Shown: positions 27,401-40,805 of the stretch, piece after piece
How positions within the stretch are numbered: position 1 is the first letter of the stretch
Layout: every line of letters starts with the position of its first letter
Assembly: GCA_050084515.1 (NCBI GenBank)
Contig: CM114271.1
Location: forward strand, 20,584,001 to 20,648,000
Origin: Blasia pusilla
Taxonomy: Eukaryota
Length of the DNA stretch: 64,000 bases
Reading direction: 5' to 3'
Made by a program: the position numbers and the translations under genes
Notes under the pieces: generated by a model
Database searches by the model: none
What the model saw: only the letters and a program-made list of their open reading frames with translations
Told to the model about the DNA's origin: nothing

Positions 27401-29621
27401 TAGTCCTTTTTGGATAGTTGTCCTTTTAGGTCATTCAATTAATCTCAAGCTCAACAAATGTGCCAAACTGGGAAATAAGTTCAAATAGCGCGTGTGGCTA
27501 AAATGACCTCACTTTTCAACTTTATTAGAAACAAAATCTTAACAAAACCCAAAATGCCAAGCAGGGAATAACGCATTTGGTTACAACAATGCCTTCTTAC
27601 AACTTTTTTAGAAAAAAAATCTAAATTTTTTTTGGATATGAGGATCTCTGACATAAACTATATTTTCAGTGTGGATGCATTCTATTACAAATCATTTTTT
27701 TTTATCTAAAGTGAATACCTCGAATTTGACATAAAAAAATCTCACGATTTACATCTAATTGTACTCTTATGCCATTTCAAAAAAATCCCAACTTTGATAT
27801 CCATACCTCACACATATCTAGACCCTATGTTCTTAAACTTAGATCTGAGACTTTGACAAATGTTTTGGGAGGTCAAGTAAGATTTGGACATATGTGAAGC
27901 CTTCACCATATGACATGATTCTGGACCTGGGCAAATGGATGGACGTAACACCCATAATAGTATGATTTCATATTCTACTATATTTTTTGGAAAACCATTA
28001 TTTCATGTAAAAAAAAGAATTCCTTTGCCTTGTCTAGGAAATAAATTTCCCTTCTTTCCCACCTTCCTTCTCAATTGGGAAATCAAAATCATCCAAGCGA
28101 GGCCTTCTTCTTTTAACAAACTCATTTCTTCCTCTCTTTGCTTCTCTTTTTAAATTTTGTATTATTTTTTTGTATTGTAGTTACTTGTGCGTTCTATACG
28201 AGAGGTGCTTTTGCAAAAAGGAAGAACCCTCAATGTCCCAACGAATAGTGTTTGTAGTTGCACTCTCTTGAAATACAACAATCTTGGTTCTAAGAAGAAA
28301 TTATATCGTATACAAGACAAAGTGAAAATCTTGTTTAGCAATGATTATGTGCCTTTACATGAACCTTATTCCATACACATGGATTGTTGTATCCCAAATG
28401 GCCATGCAAAAAGGATAAAATGGGGACGGTTTGAATTCAAAATACCTGAATAACAACTTGAAGGCAACAACACATAGCATGGATTCGATTGGGCAGGGGC
28501 TGGATCGAGGAGATCGTACTGACTACGTTAAATGGTATAGAGTTAAGCTCAACCTCCATGGGGAGTAATTTGGAGGCTACAAAATTTAGTTTGAATTGTT
28601 CCACTATTCTTTTCCTTTTTCTTTGTCATGGTTAATGGGCAACTTGTCTTCTTGTGGTCAATGTCCCTGATAAATTTCCAAATTTCCAGTGAAATTCTTT
28701 TTTGAGATTATGCACTATGAAATGAGTGAGCGTTATCTTTCATTCTATATAAAGTATGGTCATCTATGTGCACATCTTACCTAGGGAGGAGAGTGATGGG
28801 ATATACCTCAAGGGAAAAAGAGCTTGGAATTGGAGCTCATTCTCTAATTGTTGAGCCTATTAGTATAAAGGTATCCAAACTTTTTTCATGTCTATAACGT
28901 ATCAAAATCGAGTCTCTTCATCTTGAGAGTGGATTTGATTTGATTGTAGATTTAAAGAGAGCTTATGTGAGAGTTTTCTTGCAAATTTATATGAGAGAAT
29001 AAGGGAGGATTTTTTAGAGAAGTTGTCATGACTACAGGGAGGTAGGCGAGATTACATTGAGGTTTACAGGGGTCCTATGTATGTCTCATTTTAGGAGTTT
29101 ATTTGTAACCTGTACATGTAACCCTTTTATTTTTATTTTTATTGAAGAGTGAGTTATAGTCAAGCTCATTAAGTATCTGGACTGCTACATTTGGTACTCA
29201 CACGAAATAGGAAAGTTTAATCTTGGTTAGTTGGTTAAGCACGATTATCTTAACTAGGGTTAGTTAATCACAGTTAGTCTAACTCAAGACTATGGTTAGG
29301 ATTAGGGTTAGGGTTGCTTGTACATACCCTATATAATTAAGAAGGGGACCAACCTCCACTCATTCTCTCATTGCCAAATTTCATTTTCCATGATGGTGTG
29401 TGAGTGTCAGAGTCGTATCCCACCAATTATGTCTCTTTAGACGTTTTCTACACTTTTTGTGTTGGGTGGCATATTCGTAAATGCCATGTATGTAGATAAT
29501 TATCTCGAGCCAATGAGGCTCAACTAGGATGGCGTTAGAAGGATTGACTTCTTCTACATCTTCTCCATGATTAGAGGATTAGATGTACAAGTAGTTGAGT
29601 AGATTATATGATGTACTCTAA

Positions 29622-29837
29622 CTAGTAAGGTGCCCATGCGATGCACGGGAAATAAAAAATGGTTTGAAGAGCTAGCGTATAGCCTGCGAAGGGAAGAGAT
29701 TAATGATGCTGCATATAAGTTCCAATTTTTTTCTTGCTGCCCGTAGCATATGAAATATTTTCTTGTAGCCTTGTTACCACGTGTCAAGCAGAGAGGTGTT
29801 TGCAAATCAAGAAGGCACTCTCCCATAATAATATAGA
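29622..29837 (-). mobile_element. Non-autonomous mini-Helitron, copy 1 (216 bp)
   Basis: The minus strand reads A|TCTATATTATTATGGGAGAGTGCC ... CCCGTGCATCGCATGGG-CACCTTA-CTAG|T. This gives a 5' TC, a subterminal hairpin, a 3' CTAG and an A/T insertion site. Confidence 0.85.
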
Positions 29838-30623
29838 TCAAGTAATTTAAGAGTGATCTACTAGATGGAGTGGTAAATTATTGATTCAAGTTTCCATGGA
29901 GTAGCTTGAGACACGTATACCCTTGAGGAGGCTCATTTGGAGATTATCTTTAGATATTAGACCCTAAGAGTAGGTTCCGTATTACATTGCAACAAGACTA
30001 TGATGATGTATTGATCTTGGATCCTTGGAGATTCTTGCCATAAGAGTGAGCTAGGGTTGATTTAGAGATGATACATTGTAGATGTTTATTATGTTTGACT
30101 CGTATCTCTTTGTTGAGGGCATATATGTTGTAATCTATACTTACTATTTTTGAGCCATAATAGTTCTAGAACAAGTGAAGGTTATGGCTTCACATGCCTC
30201 AGTTTATACTACAAGGCATTTTATTTTGGGTTTGTTGAGTCTTTGTGTAGGGATTTTCTGGGATTCATAGGATAGGATAGGATAGATGGATCTTAGAACT
30301 TTGTTGATAACACTATGTATATCAGTCAGGGATGTGTATTCGCTTGACAAAGCAATCCAAGTTATGTAGGAGTTTTGGAGGGGAAGCATTATCCATTTTT
30401 GGTTAGGTTCGCAAGATGAGGAAAATTTTCCCTATTGAATGTGTGATGGGCTCTTATATAGTTTGATTTACTTTTTCAACTATACTTTTCTCGATCAAGG
30501 ACTACAAGAGTAACAAGACTTGCTGCTTTGACTATTTAGTTCTTCTCAAAGGGATTTGTGATGTCTTTTTAAAGTTTTGGGATCCTCATTACTTGATGCT
30601 TGCTCCACTCATAATAGTTCATA

Positions 30624-30845
30624 CTAGTAAGGTGCCCGTGTGGTGCACAAGAAATAAAAAAGTGTTTGAAGAGCTTTTGTTAGTGTATAGCCCGTGAAGG
30701 GACGGGATTAATGATGCTGCACACAAATTCAATTTTTTTTCTTGCTGCATGTACCATGTGAAACATTTTCTTGTTGCCCAATTGCCATGTGTCAAACATA
30801 GATATATTTGCAAATCAAGAAAGCACTCTCCCATGATAATATAGA
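30624..30845 (-). mobile_element. Non-autonomous mini-Helitron, copy 2 (222 bp)
   Basis: Collinear with 29622-29837 over its whole length. It has the same type of A|TCTATATTATC start and ...CACGGGCACCTTACTAG|T end. Confidence 0.85.
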
Positions 30846-32871
30846 TTCAAGATAAAAAAATTTAATTTATTGAAGAGAAAAATTGGTGCACCATGGAGAT
30901 GTGTGTGACAAATTTTTTCCGCACAACGTTTATTTCCCACACCTAGTCTCACCTTACACATGAGACCCCCTTCCCCTAGTCCAACCCGTACTCCACAACT
31001 ATGACTCGTCTTGATCAAATTTGGGACTAAATGCATTAATTTATGTTCCTCTACACCTTTGAGGTCCTCCTACACTCAAAAATCCCAAAATTGAGAGGTG
31101 AAAAGAGTGATAAATTTTTGTAATCTAGATTTACTCAAAGAATATTACTTTCACCATTCTTATCTAGAGAATGTGAACCAAAATAAAACTCAATGATTTT
31201 TCATCAAGAAAAATATTTTTAGTTTTCAAAAATTGCAAAGTGAAGCCAACCTAAAGACTACTCGAAGAATGGAGTAGAGAAGTCTAAATAAGCGCAACGC
31301 TAGTCAACACGGAATTTCTTGCCTTCACCTCTCCCCCTCATCCTCGTAGCGAAGGGAATTGCCCATTCTATATTCTACTACTAGCATCTTGCCCGTCCAA
31401 GCACAGGTGAAAAAATCCCTTGGCTCTTCTTGTTAGCAATTAGTTAAATGCTCTTTAGTTGATTGCTCATGTACATATGTCTATACCGGGAGGCTTAAAA
31501 AAGCTTACGTGTCAACACCAGAGGAAGGCTTCCCAAACCCATCCTCTTTTAATAATATAGATTCTATATTCGGGTTTAGGATCTAGCCATCATAAATCTA
31601 TCACGAAGAGTGGAGGTAATTTGCAATATCTAAATAAAACCTATCTTGGGTTTTTTTAAACAAAAATCCAAGTTATAAATGGTACGGAAAGTATTAACAC
31701 ATGGGAGTAACACGGCTTAGAGAAATGATTAATACTAAAAGATCTAACTAAAACTAAATGATTAATACTAAAAGATCTAACTAACAAATGAGTCACAACT
31801 CTATCTAGAAGTTACTTGCATAAAGCTTTGTTGCACGAAATCGACTACTAGTAGGGCCACAATTATTGTTTAGTATGTACAAGGAGAGTAGAAATTAACA
31901 AGTGTATTATTAGGTGAGTGATAATACGAGGGATATCTTGAGTATCCATTATGCCACTAGCAGACAAAATAGTCAAAAGATCCATTAAAAAACTATCGAA
32001 GGTCCATTTGAGTGACATACACACAAGTTGAATTATGCAAATTGGCCATTTTGGGAATTATGAGTTCAAGAGGCCACTCCGTTTTAATCCTGCTTTGCAC
32101 CAGCCTAGCGCCTAGTCACAGCAAAGCTCGTAAGATGAAATGGGGCATGAACCAGTGGAAGTAGATTTGAAATTGTAACTCAGATGAATTCTTGTATGAA
32201 GTGGAGCAGCCAGAGCTCTGGCCGGTCAAATATTCACCGTTCAGGTGGAGGTGTGAGTTGCAACTTACGAGTGATTTCTTTCCACGATGAAATGCACTGT
32301 TTTGATGGTTCGCAGAGATACGAAGATTGATCCCGACTATTCCGATTACCCTTGTGCGGAATTGCAACATATGGGAAAGCAGACACAATGAAGATTGAAA
32401 GTGGACCGGTCCGTCGCATTTCATGGAGGACGATTTCACATACACGGCGGCTTCACAATTTTGGACTAGCGGAGGAGGACGGAGTGGCCGCCAGGATATT
32501 CAAGGGTCTGTTTTACAGCGATTCATCGTCGTCTGCGAAGACCTCTCGAAATAGCTTTCCGGTGACAGAAACTTGAGGATTTTACGATACCTTCGATTAC
32601 AAATGCAAGAGGCTGAACCCTAAGCACATGAAAGCTGTTGTTGTATTCATGACTTGCTTCGCGTCTGGATGCCAAACACAAGGTAGTATGCTTTTAGGTC
32701 GGGTTGGATGTATACGACGAAACGATTCTCATTGCGGGAAGCGATGCTTGGAATCAGCTCTTGGCGTAGCTCGTGAATGGTGCTATGTGGCCGGTAGTGA
32801 CTGTAAGCGCGTCTTGTAGGAGCTCGTTCACGAGACTGGAGTTTGTTAATGTACAGTGATTGAGCTTTTCT

Positions 32872-35800
32872 TCAGAAGTCAAAACTGACCGAGTGATAAC
32901 TGAAGGCCGTTTGATGAAGATGGTAGAACACTGTGTTGAACGCCCTGCACTGAGAGGCCACTGCCGATTGCAATCCCTCGGGTCCACAAACCAGCACTCC
33001 AACATTGGTTCCACCTAACCGCTTTCCACAGGCCTCGAACAAGTCTGCTCTTGCAACCAAACGGCGAATTGTGTTACAAAAGGTCACAGCAACTCGAGTA
33101 CTTTCTTTGCCAAGTTGAGACATGCAGCGAGCAGATAGAGGAGAATCAACAATGCACCAACTATTGACGAAGGAGGCACCCAGGAAGATAGAGCAAGCAG
33201 AGTCGAATCCAGACATTTCTGTATCTTGAAGACAAGCCTTCGATTACGCTCAAGAAGCTTCAAGACCTCGGACATGGAACAAGGTCGGGGGATGACTTTC
33301 GAGTCTTAGCCTCGACAAGCAGAATGTGTAAAGGGCCTTGAGGGAGATCGTACTCTCTGAAATTTACTGGATGAGAGAAGAAAGGCCCTACTTGTAAGGC
33401 GGTGTGCATGTCCTAGCCTTGTGGCCACAGACCCCAGCACTACTTACTATGTAGTGCCTGTCGTAGCCTTGCAACCATAGGCCCTGTGAGAAGGCCAGAT
33501 GGCAGGGTCCAGGGATTCCACAGTGCATCTTCAGCTAACAATATTGCTACACTAATGAAAGAGTGTAAAATGAATGGAAAATCTGACCAAACTGGACATG
33601 GAGCAAGATATGAGCAGCGTTGGGAATGAAAATCAGCCAGACAGTGCAGAAGCAAAACAATTTGAGCAATATCTCTCATCAGATCAGCTTTTTCAGTCCA
33701 GTCGTCGACAGTGTTGATAAGTACCCACCTTGCAGATCAGGTCTGACCCCATAGACTGTATTGGAGCGATGTATCAACTTTTCGACGATAGGAGGGTTCT
33801 CCTCAGATTCCTTTACCGAGTTGCCCAGTAAGGGTTCAGTTACTTCGCTCTCAGCTGCACCGAGGCTGTTCTGCGGTTTTGATATCGGACTGCACAAACC
33901 CCAAAGAAGAATCACACTTCCTCCGCATACCAGAACAGCAAACAGGACACCCAGGATAAGGGAGCATCCTCTCACCCAAGACGGCACCATTTTCAGACCA
34001 CCATGATCTTCTGAGCCTAAATACAGTGCTCCCACGAAAGTGGCCCACGCGATATAACCCACTACAGATGCGGCGATAGCTGATCCCACCCACAATATGC
34101 TTCCCGAACCCACTAAATGAGAGATGGGCTTTTGAAGGGCTGAGGAATCGAATTCTGTGCGTTGATGCGTTGTGCCGACGTCTGATTCCTCTACTGCTTC
34201 CAGATCTTGCTGCGATTCTTGTGTCACATAAGCATGGATGACCAGATTCAACCGTAGGGCGTATTCCGGAAAGATGAAACTTGGATGTAAAGAGTCCAAA
34301 ACACGAAGTTCCTTTTGATGTTTGACTGCCCAGATCAGCGTGACGTCCTGGGAAGTCCTGGTTCATCATTCATCTGATACCGCTGAAGCAAGTCTCGAAT
34401 TATGGCGATGAAAGGCGACACGCCAATACCTCCGGCTACTAACAAGAGAGCTTCATAGCTGTGCACACAAACAAGAGAAGCCCAGCATTTAAGTCAAGGC
34501 AGAGGGAGCCTCTGCTTGTGCTACACGGGAAGGGAAACCGAACAAGTCCTCCAGAACAACGAAATCGAAAGCAGTCCACACAGACTCACTCTAGAAAGTA
34601 GCTGGTCTCGTGTCCATATGGCCCCTCCACTGCAGCTTCCAACCTCAAAGGGCATTTGGTCAAGGCTGCTTTCTTCACTGCCTCTCCTAGCTGTCGAGTC
34701 CAAGTTCCTAAGGGTTTGATCAGAAATTTCATGTTGTCCGAATTTTCCTTAGGACCGGAGGACACACTGAAAGGATGCCATTCAAATCGAGAAACTGCTG
34801 GGAAGTTGAGGAATGCGAAACTCAACGCGTTGTAATCGGAAGCTGGACCTCAAGAAGCGTCCCCCCCACCCCCACCCCCACACACACACACATACACACC
34901 CAATGAACAAGTTCAATACTAGCACTATATCGCTCCTTACATATCCATCGCAACGCAGTAAACGGAATCGGAACTATTCTGCTGAGCCCACGCATGAGTT
35001 GCTGAACTGACAAGGCATTAGCGACGAGATGTACATGGGCGTTTGGGCAGGGTCAGCTCGTAAGTTCCGCACGGTAACAGGGTGGCTGTGAGCACAGCTA
35101 CTTCACTGCGCGACTGGCAAAACCTCAGGAATCTGTCAAAGGCGAAGAGGAAAATTCCTGCAAATGCCAATGCAGTGACGTTCTCACCAACGTGGAGGAC
35201 CATGAAGACGACGAAGACGATGTACAGTTGATGTGTGTAGAAGAAGAGTTCGAACGCATGTATCCTGGTGAACTTAAGGAGGTGGCCCACATCAGCAACC
35301 CTGCTGCCAGGGATATTTCTCCAGCTAGATTGGAGACTCCATGAATTTTCCACTGGATCATCTGCCGAGTCAAGTCAAACAAATTACCATCACCTTGAGC
35401 TCTGATGGCATCTGATCTTGTGACAGGATAACCTTCTTATGAACTCTATCAGACTAGACGACCCCTCGAAGTCCATAGCTCCCTTTCCAGACACAAGCTC
35501 TCGATTCTAATCACTCGATCTACTGTTGACTTTAATAGAAAAGACACTTTCAGTTGGAGATAATTACACATGGAGTTCTTCAACATACAAGGGCTGATTT
35601 CCACTCCAGTTTAGCCATGCACAATTCAGGAAATTTTCTGGTATGTGGATGGACGAGTCGAAACTCACTCTATCGAGACGACCTTCCCAAATCCAAGTCA
35701 GGATGTACGTGAGACCATGCAAAGAAAAGAGGCTCATGGTGAAATGGCCCAGCCAGACGTGATATTTCGCTGCATGCTCGAATGGGATATCTATGAGGCG

Positions 35801-38202
35801 GAGTAGCACAGATCCTCTTGACACAGGTAGAAAGAGCATCCCAAGGCAAATTTGTCCCACCACTCCCAGATGGATCGCCACTATCTTCAACCTCTTTTGC
35901 CACCTGCACGGAGACGCTCACCATTTCGCTGTCAAATATGATTTGATTCTAATTGAAGATTGACCTCGTTTAGGTATTCCAAGCGAAAGATTTCAGAAAA
36001 CAGAGATTTTGCCACGCCGTTGCTTGTGGACCATTGAAAGAGAATTCAGACCAGGGTTTCCAAGACTGGGTAATAGATTTAAATACTGCATATTGGTGAA
36101 ATAGCTCCGAAAGACTTCAAGTGGGGGGAACTGGTACGTGCATCCGAATCATAATAGTCTAGTACTTTTGACTGACGAGAAAACGATTACTCAACTGGTA
36201 ACATTAATTCATCCAACACTCTGTTTCTTTCATTGCAATTTCTCGTGATCGTTTCACACAATGTGGTATAAATTGAACAAGCAATTACAAGGTAAAGTAC
36301 AAGTGTCTATCTAGTTGAGGGAGTTTTAGACGTAAGATGTCCCCAAATCATGAAACAAGTGAAAACGCAAATAGGGGCTTCGAAGTAAAACAACTTTCCA
36401 ACTGTTATGCAAAACTCTCGAGGATGTACATCACGAATGAGCTTCAACGTGAGAGATTTACCGTCTAAGGCAGTAATTTTGCAACAACGATCGGTTCCGA
36501 AGGACTTACATTTTCGTAGGGGGGAGCATTCGATCCTCCTCACCGGAAGAACGAAGGTTTTGGATAATTAACATGATGAGAACCCAGGTCATGACACTGA
36601 TGAAGCCAACGATCCACAGCAGCTCTGCTGCCGTTACGACCCCGAAAGGCCCGCTCACAATTACTGGGTGAGTTCCCAAGCTGGCTCTGGCTGCTTTCTT
36701 TTTGCGTTTTCTACAAAATCCGGACCCATATGCGTCAGCCATGGTGGGCGGAGACGGGCACTGGGCACCAATGCATCACCTAAGCATGCACGATGTTGAT
36801 ACAAGATCTGATGGTGGCTCTAAATCAAACTGTACAATCCCATGGATGCTATTGTCCACAGGTAGAAACACCACAGAATCACCAAACTTTGCAGAGGGAG
36901 GTCGTAATTATGGCTCGGATCGTGCGTTGCACTCATCCGTACCGTGATGATCTCCGCACACAAAATGCAAGTGTGATTGATTTTACCTTGTCAGGGACCT
37001 GGGGAACAAGTACAGGTACAGACTTCCGGCGAAGACGAGAAAGAACACGGGACCAGCGAAGATAAGTTTGAACATGCCTGCGTCGTTCAAACACATGGGT
37101 TAGAGGTAATCGGGTTGTCTCTTGCACTTTCTAATGCTTCACATTTGTGGTCTCCGAATTCTCGCGGTTGGGAGGGAACTGAACTGAGATTCCGTCCATG
37201 TCGAGTTCTAGAAAGAGTCGCCCGTGAAACGAAGCCTGCCCCACGATCGCATGACTCGCACGAGCACAGAAGACGCTATCTTTCTGCATACACTCCTTCG
37301 CATTGACAGGCCGAGAAGTGCATATTGATCTCCAAAAGAAAGCTGCTCGGGCTGAAGTAATGTTTCCGGATGGAGAGACATTGCGGATCTTCCACGGTCT
37401 TCTTGTCTTTCGAGCACGAGAGAAGACAGAGGTGTTGAATCACGTTGCAGTGAGTTCAAAGCATGCAACGAATGGAGAGAGCGCAAGCAGATCAAGAGGT
37501 CTTAGGGAAATAAACTGTCTTCCTCACATGCAACAAGGTGGCCCAAGATATCTGCTCGGTTGGAGCCTTCAAACCGTCATAACCGTGGCCGCACCTCAAA
37601 TCATTAGACGCGAAGACAATGGTGCGGGGTGCATCATCATATCTAATGCTATAAAATCCATTGCAAGAGTAGACAGCCTGAAGTCGAAAAGATGCCTTCC
37701 GCATGCACACCGTTTTTAGAATTTTCATGGAGTTTGGCTCGTACGAAGAACACTTCGGTGATTTTCATCTTGGAGTATTGCTGGAAGAGCAAATTTTGAA
37801 AGGAAAAATATCTGGCTGTTGGCGAATGGCATGATGAACGTGTATATTATCTTCTTACTTTCGCTGCAGCCATGGAATTAGACACGTAAAACAACCCCCA
37901 ATTGTAGCTGTTCGACTGGCGACTCATCCATCAATTAAGACTTCGAGGCACCGAAAGCTCAAATTTGCATTTCTCTGGTGAGATCTTGGAATTCTCACCG
38001 GAGGCTCCATGAGTCTTGGTAATCAGTAAAACCAAAATCTTTCGCCCGAATTCCGTCGGGGAGATCGCTATGAGTACAATGTACCACGCAACTGTTAACC
38101 ACAGAATTGTCTTCAGCACCTTCTGTCCCAAATTCTCCGCCATACCGGACGCAACTTCTCCTTGCTCCACCTTAGCTTTCAAACCTCCAATTCCTTTTCC
38201 AT
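32872..38202 (-). CDS. FRO: Ferric reduction oxidase, FRO6/FRO7-like (ferric reductase TM, FAD and NAD binding domains); frameshifted in this sequence
   Basis: Exons (minus): 38143 or 38202-37999, 37077-36987, 36710-36510, 35903-35669, 35361-35035, 34842-34590, 34458-33729 and 33044-32872, all GT-AG. Motifs: FLPVSRGS..KYHVWLGH..LHGL (heme His), FELFFYTHQLY..LHVG, WHPFSVSS (FAD), VEGPYGHE, LLLVAGGIGVSPF (NADPH), VGVLVCGP and HSVSFDF*. There are 1-nt deletions at ~35274 and ~34350 and probably ~38182, so this is either a pseudogene or an assembly error. Confidence 0.9.
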
Positions 38203-40477
38203 CGATTCTTCCTATCCTCTCCGTGTCTGTCTGTCTGTCTCCGTCTCAGTCAGTACTGCCAAAGTCACCATAGACAGATCACGAGCAGTCGACAGCAGCA
38301 GCATCTGAGAATCTATGGTGAATTTTACTGCTCTGGATCGCTTCCTGGTTATTTGACGCTTGTGAGGGCTGTGCCATAGAGGGGGCTGGAAAAGGAATTG
38401 AAGAGCCCGAAGGCGAAGAGACCATCTGAGTTTCAAAACATCCGAATGGGACCGGCCCTGAGGGGAGGACGAGAGAAGCATATTAGTATGCGTCTATGGG
38501 ATGTCCCAAAGTTCACAGCAGCCAAGTCCGCATGAGAGAAGGTTCTGTTTCACTTTTACATTTCGTCATTTTGACATCCGCGAACCTGTTCCTAATTCTT
38601 TCATTCACACTGATGATAATAGCACTTGCCGAATTTGGAGTGTCCCATTCTCTGAACTTGAATGTCCCCGCCCAGGCCTCTTCTTCGGATGGCCAGGCCG
38701 CCAGATCCCCTTCTCTTCTCTTCAAGCCAATTTCCTCCGCAATCTCATGGTGGGATCGCACGCTTTCTCCCCCGCGTTGATTCTTTCATCCGCCTTGTCC
38801 TCGATTCCTCCCGAAGGGAATTCCTCTCCACAATCCGGTAGATCTCCCGGGGCTCAGCGCACAATCGAATATCGCCCCTCATGTCGGGAAAGATTCTAGA
38901 TCAGCGGACTAGCCACCAACCTTGCAAGCGAGACGATCCATCTGTCCATCGCTACGGCCCGCGAACTCCCCTGGCGGCCACAAGGCACCGACGAGTGCCC
39001 ACACTTGGACTTCTGTCCGACACACGCACGCAACGTGTGATCTTGGGGTCCATCCTATGGCCAAGTTCCTTGGGGTCGCACGCGACCCCAAGAAACTTTA
39101 GCCAGTCTCGCCAGTTACTCTACAAATAGCGACCGGCCTTGAAGGTTTCACAAGATGTGAGGAAGTTGCTGCTTTCTTGTTCGCAGGAGTGACAAGGACC
39201 CCATAAAAAGCAAGGACGTTGATCATGAACGAAGGATTCTCACCATTTCAGAAATACATGAACGGTAGGATGTGCCTTCCCAAGGTCGTTAGTCCATGGA
39301 TCTCGCTCTTATAGCTCGCAGGCTGAGACTTGCGTCGTTCAACGCCAGACTTTTTTCCCATTTATGCTTAAACGTGTTCTTCGGTGTGGTTACTATGGGA
39401 CTAGTAAGATGGATTTGTTATGCACTGAATTTGAAAAGTTGTAGTGTGAAGGGACTGATGATCGTGGGGTGGGGTGAGGTGGGGAGTGTAATTAATCAAA
39501 GGAGATGGAAACGTAACTATGAAGAGATATTGATATTGTTAATCACACTGGAAAGATTTTTATCGACATTAGTATATATATATATATAACTGCATTAATA
39601 TCCACAAATCACCCTTTACTAGTGTTACTTTGCATGGTTGGACATGTATGAAACCTAATTAGATTTGCACAAAATCTAATTAGGTTCTAATCTAAGTAAC
39701 TTTTAGTAAATATGAATTTCCATTCCTAGGGAAAATCAGTTCATAAACAATAATTAGGGATCCCGTTGTTAAATACCTAAAACATAACATAGTGGTTCTT
39801 GAGAAAAAAAAACTCTTGGAAACATAGAGAACATGTATGTTTTCACCCAGGTAGCCAAAGGAGAGAGCTATGGATAACAATGGTTCTTTAGAGTTTGAGA
39901 CTTTATTAGCATGTGGGATCATAAGGAACACCAACATAGTGTCTCATATCTAATTTACCAAGTTTCAAGTCAAATGGAAGCTCTTGATTAAAGTGGAAAA
40001 TTCATTTTCATGAAAAGGTATATTTGCTCATCTTCCAATTGATCTTGAGATTTTTTAGAGTTTGGGTTGTATGGTCATCTTGTCATATACATAGGATCAA
40101 GTCATACCAAAATGTCCAAACCAACATATCCGATTCCCTCTACCAAGAAGACTCTAGATGGTAGGACATTATAAGTTTCTATCATTTCAAGAGTGCATAA
40201 TTATGCACTCTCAAAGTGGTGTAACATGTTATCACATCCAATGTCATTCAAGTTGGTGCTATATGTTGCAATTAGACATAGTCACACTCTTGAAACCTTT
40301 GTATTGTCAATTCATAGCCTCCCCCAAATAGTCACATACCTCAATGTCACGAGCATCTCAACATGCATACAAATGGCCATAGGAAATCATGATCTTTTCC
40401 ATAGGGAAAAAAGTAAGGGTAAAAAGAATACTAAGGATGACTTCTTACTAAATCTATAGTCCATCGTCAACCATGTC

Positions 40478-40805
40478 CATGGTTGCACAAAAAGGGACAA
40501 GTCCTTCCTTAGGACAGACACGGACGAACAAGTCCGGACATGTCCACAGACATGGGTTCCAAGAGGTGGGACCCACACTTTTAGTCCATGATGGAAGGCA
40601 ATGCAAGGATGCGAGGAGTAATGAGTGAGGAGGGAGTGGAGGTGGAGGTGGAGGGAGGAAGAAATGGGGGAATATGGCACCAAGGCAAGTAAGGGGAATG
40701 AGAAAGAAGGGAAAGGTGGGGCCCATACAGACAAATCCTTCCTTTGGACGCACATAAGTCCATGGACATGTCTACGGACACGGACTTTGTCCACATGCAA
40801 CCTTG
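40478..40805. mobile_element. hAT-type MITE (328 bp) with an 8-bp target-site duplication
   Basis: The termini CATGGTTGCA and TGCAACCTTG form a 9/10 inverted match, with subterminal GGACA/TGTCC repeats. The element is flanked by ACCATGTC (40470-40477) and ACCACGTC (40806-40813). Confidence 0.8.

Noticed and set aside
26000..28500. Possible Mutator/SWIM transposase remnant
   Set aside because: Only a vague Cys/His pattern (QCVHKH), with no DDE motifs or TIRs that I can support.
29296..29315. TTAGGA-TTAGGG-TTAGGG as an interstitial telomere
   Set aside because: Only three units, one imperfect, within decayed TE-like DNA; too short to interpret.
28700..30600. Possible LTR-derived sequence around mini-Helitron copy 1
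   Set aside because: A TATA box plus CT-rich tract near 29330 is suggestive, but I could not define termini, PBS/PPT or coding motifs.
31723..31784. 29-bp direct duplication (similar short duplications at ~41260-41295 and ~61303-61350)
   Set aside because: Ordinary local slippage or repair duplications with no further structure.
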